Source of the DNA: Lama guanicoe
Taxonomy: Eukaryota
Reading direction: 5' to 3'
Length of the DNA: 64,000 nucleotides
Assembly (NCBI GenBank): GCA_013239625.1
Contig: MU056000.1
Location: 8,862,970-8,926,969 of the forward strand
The first letter of the stretch is position 1. The number at the start of each line of letters is the position of its first letter. Position numbers and translations under genes: made by a program. Positions 61,408-64,000 of this stretch are shown piece by piece. The notes under the pieces were generated by a model that was not told the DNA's origin, made no database searches, and was given only the letters and a program-made list of their open reading frames with translations.

Positions 61408-61679
61408 GTTACTTACAGTCTTGTATTTTATATGTAAAAAATTCCTACACGTAAAATAAAGTCGGTATTTTTATGTTTTCACTATGTGAAATTGGTTCAA
61501 GATAAGTGAAAGTTGCTCTTGGTGAGAAAAATCTGGCATAAAATACTATAATTTCTTACCTGCACTAAAACTAGAAAAAGAAAATATTATAAAAATAGTA
61601 TTTATAATAACCAGATGAGAACATTTTAGACAAAAATAGCTAAGTAATGTACTCCTATATGTAATATATGTTTATATAT

Positions 61680-61715
<36 letters not shown>
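61680..61715. repeat. (TACA)n(TA)n microsatellite
   Basis: Seen directly. Confidence 0.9.
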
Positions 61716-62237
61716 GACTTCAGTACACGTGAAAGTTAAACAGAATCTATGAATACTATGTAGATTGTTAAATCAGTGAGGAAACCTCGCTGGCCTTTTT
61801 TTTGTTGTTGTTTGCTTCCTTCATTCATCTTGGTGGTAGAATTGGAGCATCTGGTCTAATCCTTGCCCTTTCGGATTGAGAAAACAGTGTTCATTACTGA
61901 AGAATTCAGCATAAAGTAGAGTAATTCTTAACCTTTTAATAATTCCTCTGAGGTTGATATATTTGGTCAACAAAGGAATTCTCGATTTTCAAGGTCCTTT
62001 GGGAGGTTTGCCTGATGCAAAGGGAATCATTTGGAAACTCTAAAGCTTTCATCTCTTTCTCTTCTTACATATGTTAAGTTAGTAAGCATCCACCCAAAAT
62101 ATTTCAGAGCAGGGTCATTGTCTACAGATTGATATTTTTATACAGACACCATTGTCTCTGGATTATTTTACAGAAGTGAAAGGGAAAATGGAGCTCACTA
62201 GCTTCAGATGACCTGCAACTCAGTGATTTAGGCTTCT

Positions 62238-62435
62238 CAGAGTTTCTCAACATTTTAGTTTGAATACTTCTTAGGTCTGGGGAGCTGATCTGTGCATTGT
62301 ATGGGGTTTACAGCATCCCTGGACTCCACTCATTAGCAAGTTAGCATCTCCCCCAGATTATAATAATCAAGAAATGTCCCCAGCCACTGCCCAATGTCCC
62401 TTGGGAGCAAGAACATCTCCAGTTGAGAATCACCA
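62238..62435. mobile_element. hAT-Charlie MITE, MER20
   Basis: tttctcaac...ctgtgcattgta...cagcatccctggactccac...aaatgtcccca...gttgagaatcac. Confidence 0.85.
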
Positions 62436-63327
62436 AGACAACTGAAAGTCTGCATACATACATGTTAGCATAGAAGTGGCCTATTTTTTTCACAGTGTAG
62501 CAGTATGCATACACATTTTCCAATGATGAGACCAAACATACATTGTTTAAAAAATGTTTTTCTCTTGTGTTGTTGCAATGCTGCATTCTAATTTGACCTT
62601 CCCTTGGATACTTCTTTATCAAAATGTAATTATATTATAATTATGCCTTCTGTTGAGTCATTTAGAAAATATTAGGTGTTGATAAGATATATGTTTGGTA
62701 ATAAAATAATTTGACTAAGAAAAAATGTAGCTCTAAGCGATGAAAGAAATTTGTAACCCAATTTTACCAAGTTGCATTGGCAAGAAGCTATTCAGCTTGC
62801 ATAGTGGAGAAATTGAACACTTGATATATAGTGTGGCGAGAATAAACATCTGGCTTTTCAATATCATATCTTACAATGGACATTTGGAGCAGATGCCATT
62901 CCAACTTCTGGTGAGGAAGTTAGAATGGCAGAACTACTTTCAAAAATGAAAGCTTAGATGAAGGTCTTTCTCTCATTCAGAATAGCTCATGTGAAATGAT
63001 AATCAGTTCAATTTGAAGTCACCATAGAAACTTGAAGAAGGTAAAATCATTTTCTGACTCTTCGCTGTCTTTTACAGAGAGGACAAAATTATCAAAGTCA
63101 GATTAATTAATTTTTTTCTCAATTTATCTTTATTTTAATTTGTTATTAAATTCTGCGTTCATTCTCACCACATTTATGACTCTGTTACACTTGAACTCAC
63201 CTATAATCTGAAGCTTATCTTGGATTTCCTCTTGCCAAGATAAAAATAAAATTGCCTCCATGTAGAAATTTGAGATTGTGACAAAAATAAGGAGAGTCCT
63301 GTAATGGAAACTGTAAGCTAGATTAAC

Positions 63328-63508
63328 CAGGGATTCTCAAAGTGTGGTTTCCCATCAGCAGCATCAGCTGCTAGATGTTTGTTGGAAATGAAAAGTCTTA
63401 GGCTCAACTCCAGACCTACTGAACATTGCTCTGGAGGTGAGGCCCAGCCATGTGTTTTATTAAGCCGACCAGAGGGTAGTGATGATTGTCAACGACTGAG
63501 AACCGGTG
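63328..63508. mobile_element. hAT-Charlie MITE, MER5A
   Basis: ttctcaaagtgtggt...cagcagcatcagc...ccagacctactgaa...ggcccagc...tgtgtttta...tgagaacc. Confidence 0.9.
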
Positions 63509-64000
63509 CACCCATGCCTCGGTATCAGCACGCTGCCAGTGGAAAAGGGATTCAGAGTTTGCAAAATGATATTCTCTGCATCACCTCCTAGGGAGAATGG
63601 ATGGAGTCTGGTACTTAAGTCCCAAACCATACAGGATGCAATTTGATAAAATGCATTAAGATTCTTCTAATAACCTCTCAGCCTGGTAATTCCATATCCT
63701 TGCTCCCTTCTCTTCCCTCTCCTACTGGTGAATACCAAGTTGCACACAAGTAGGTCCAATCCTCAGAACATGAAATGCTACCTTATCAGAGTATTCATCT
63801 AGTACAGTCAGTCTTTTCCTAAAGGGGGGCCGGGTGCAAGAATTTCCTAGCAGCTTCTGGTTAGACTTTCCTCCAGATAGTTACACAGCCACGCCACATC
63901 AGCCAAATCAAATTGTTGGAAGGGTCTTCAGTAATATTCCAAAGTAGAGGTGGTGGTGAAAGAGGGCAGGAGACATGTACGATGGTAGGGTGCAAAGAGA

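Noticed and set aside
439..63591. The many short ORFs (60-144 aa) in the six-frame track
   Set aside because: Lengths and composition fit chance ORFs in AT-rich, repeat-rich DNA. Many overlap repeats or microsatellites. Apart from L1-derived ones, none resembles a protein I recognise.

Overview
AT-rich mammalian genomic DNA, most likely camelid (alpaca, llama or camel). This call rests on two tRNA-derived SINEs resembling the camelid Vic-1 type, artiodactyl-type L1 3' ends and a Tigger1a_Art-like MITE, all recognised from memory rather than by a search. The window looks like a gene desert or very large intron. I find no credible host protein-coding exon, RNA gene or CRISPR array, and the only recognisable protein-coding sequence is decayed L1 ORF2 plus ERVL/MaLR internal remnants. 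A large part is interspersed repeat. Eight solo LTRs can be delimited at both ends from TG...CA termini, four with perfect target-site duplications (TSDs): 10543-11149, 15344-16553, 15523-16228, 31153-31767, 36693-37157, 37753-38760, 38139-38600 and 39195-39837. There is also a MER41-like LTR, an LTR end beside a 74-N gap, and older L1, L2, MIR, MaLR and DNA-transposon relics. The most notable structures are a multi-layer LTR nest at 36-41 kb, a young 6-bp-TSD LTR nested in another LTR, a mirror arrangement of two LTR families, atypical L1 insertions (5'-inverted, chimeric, internal-only) and a SINE with strongly GC-shifted sequence. I see no support for a genuinely new biological system. Repeat subfamily names need RepeatMasker/Dfam confirmation.
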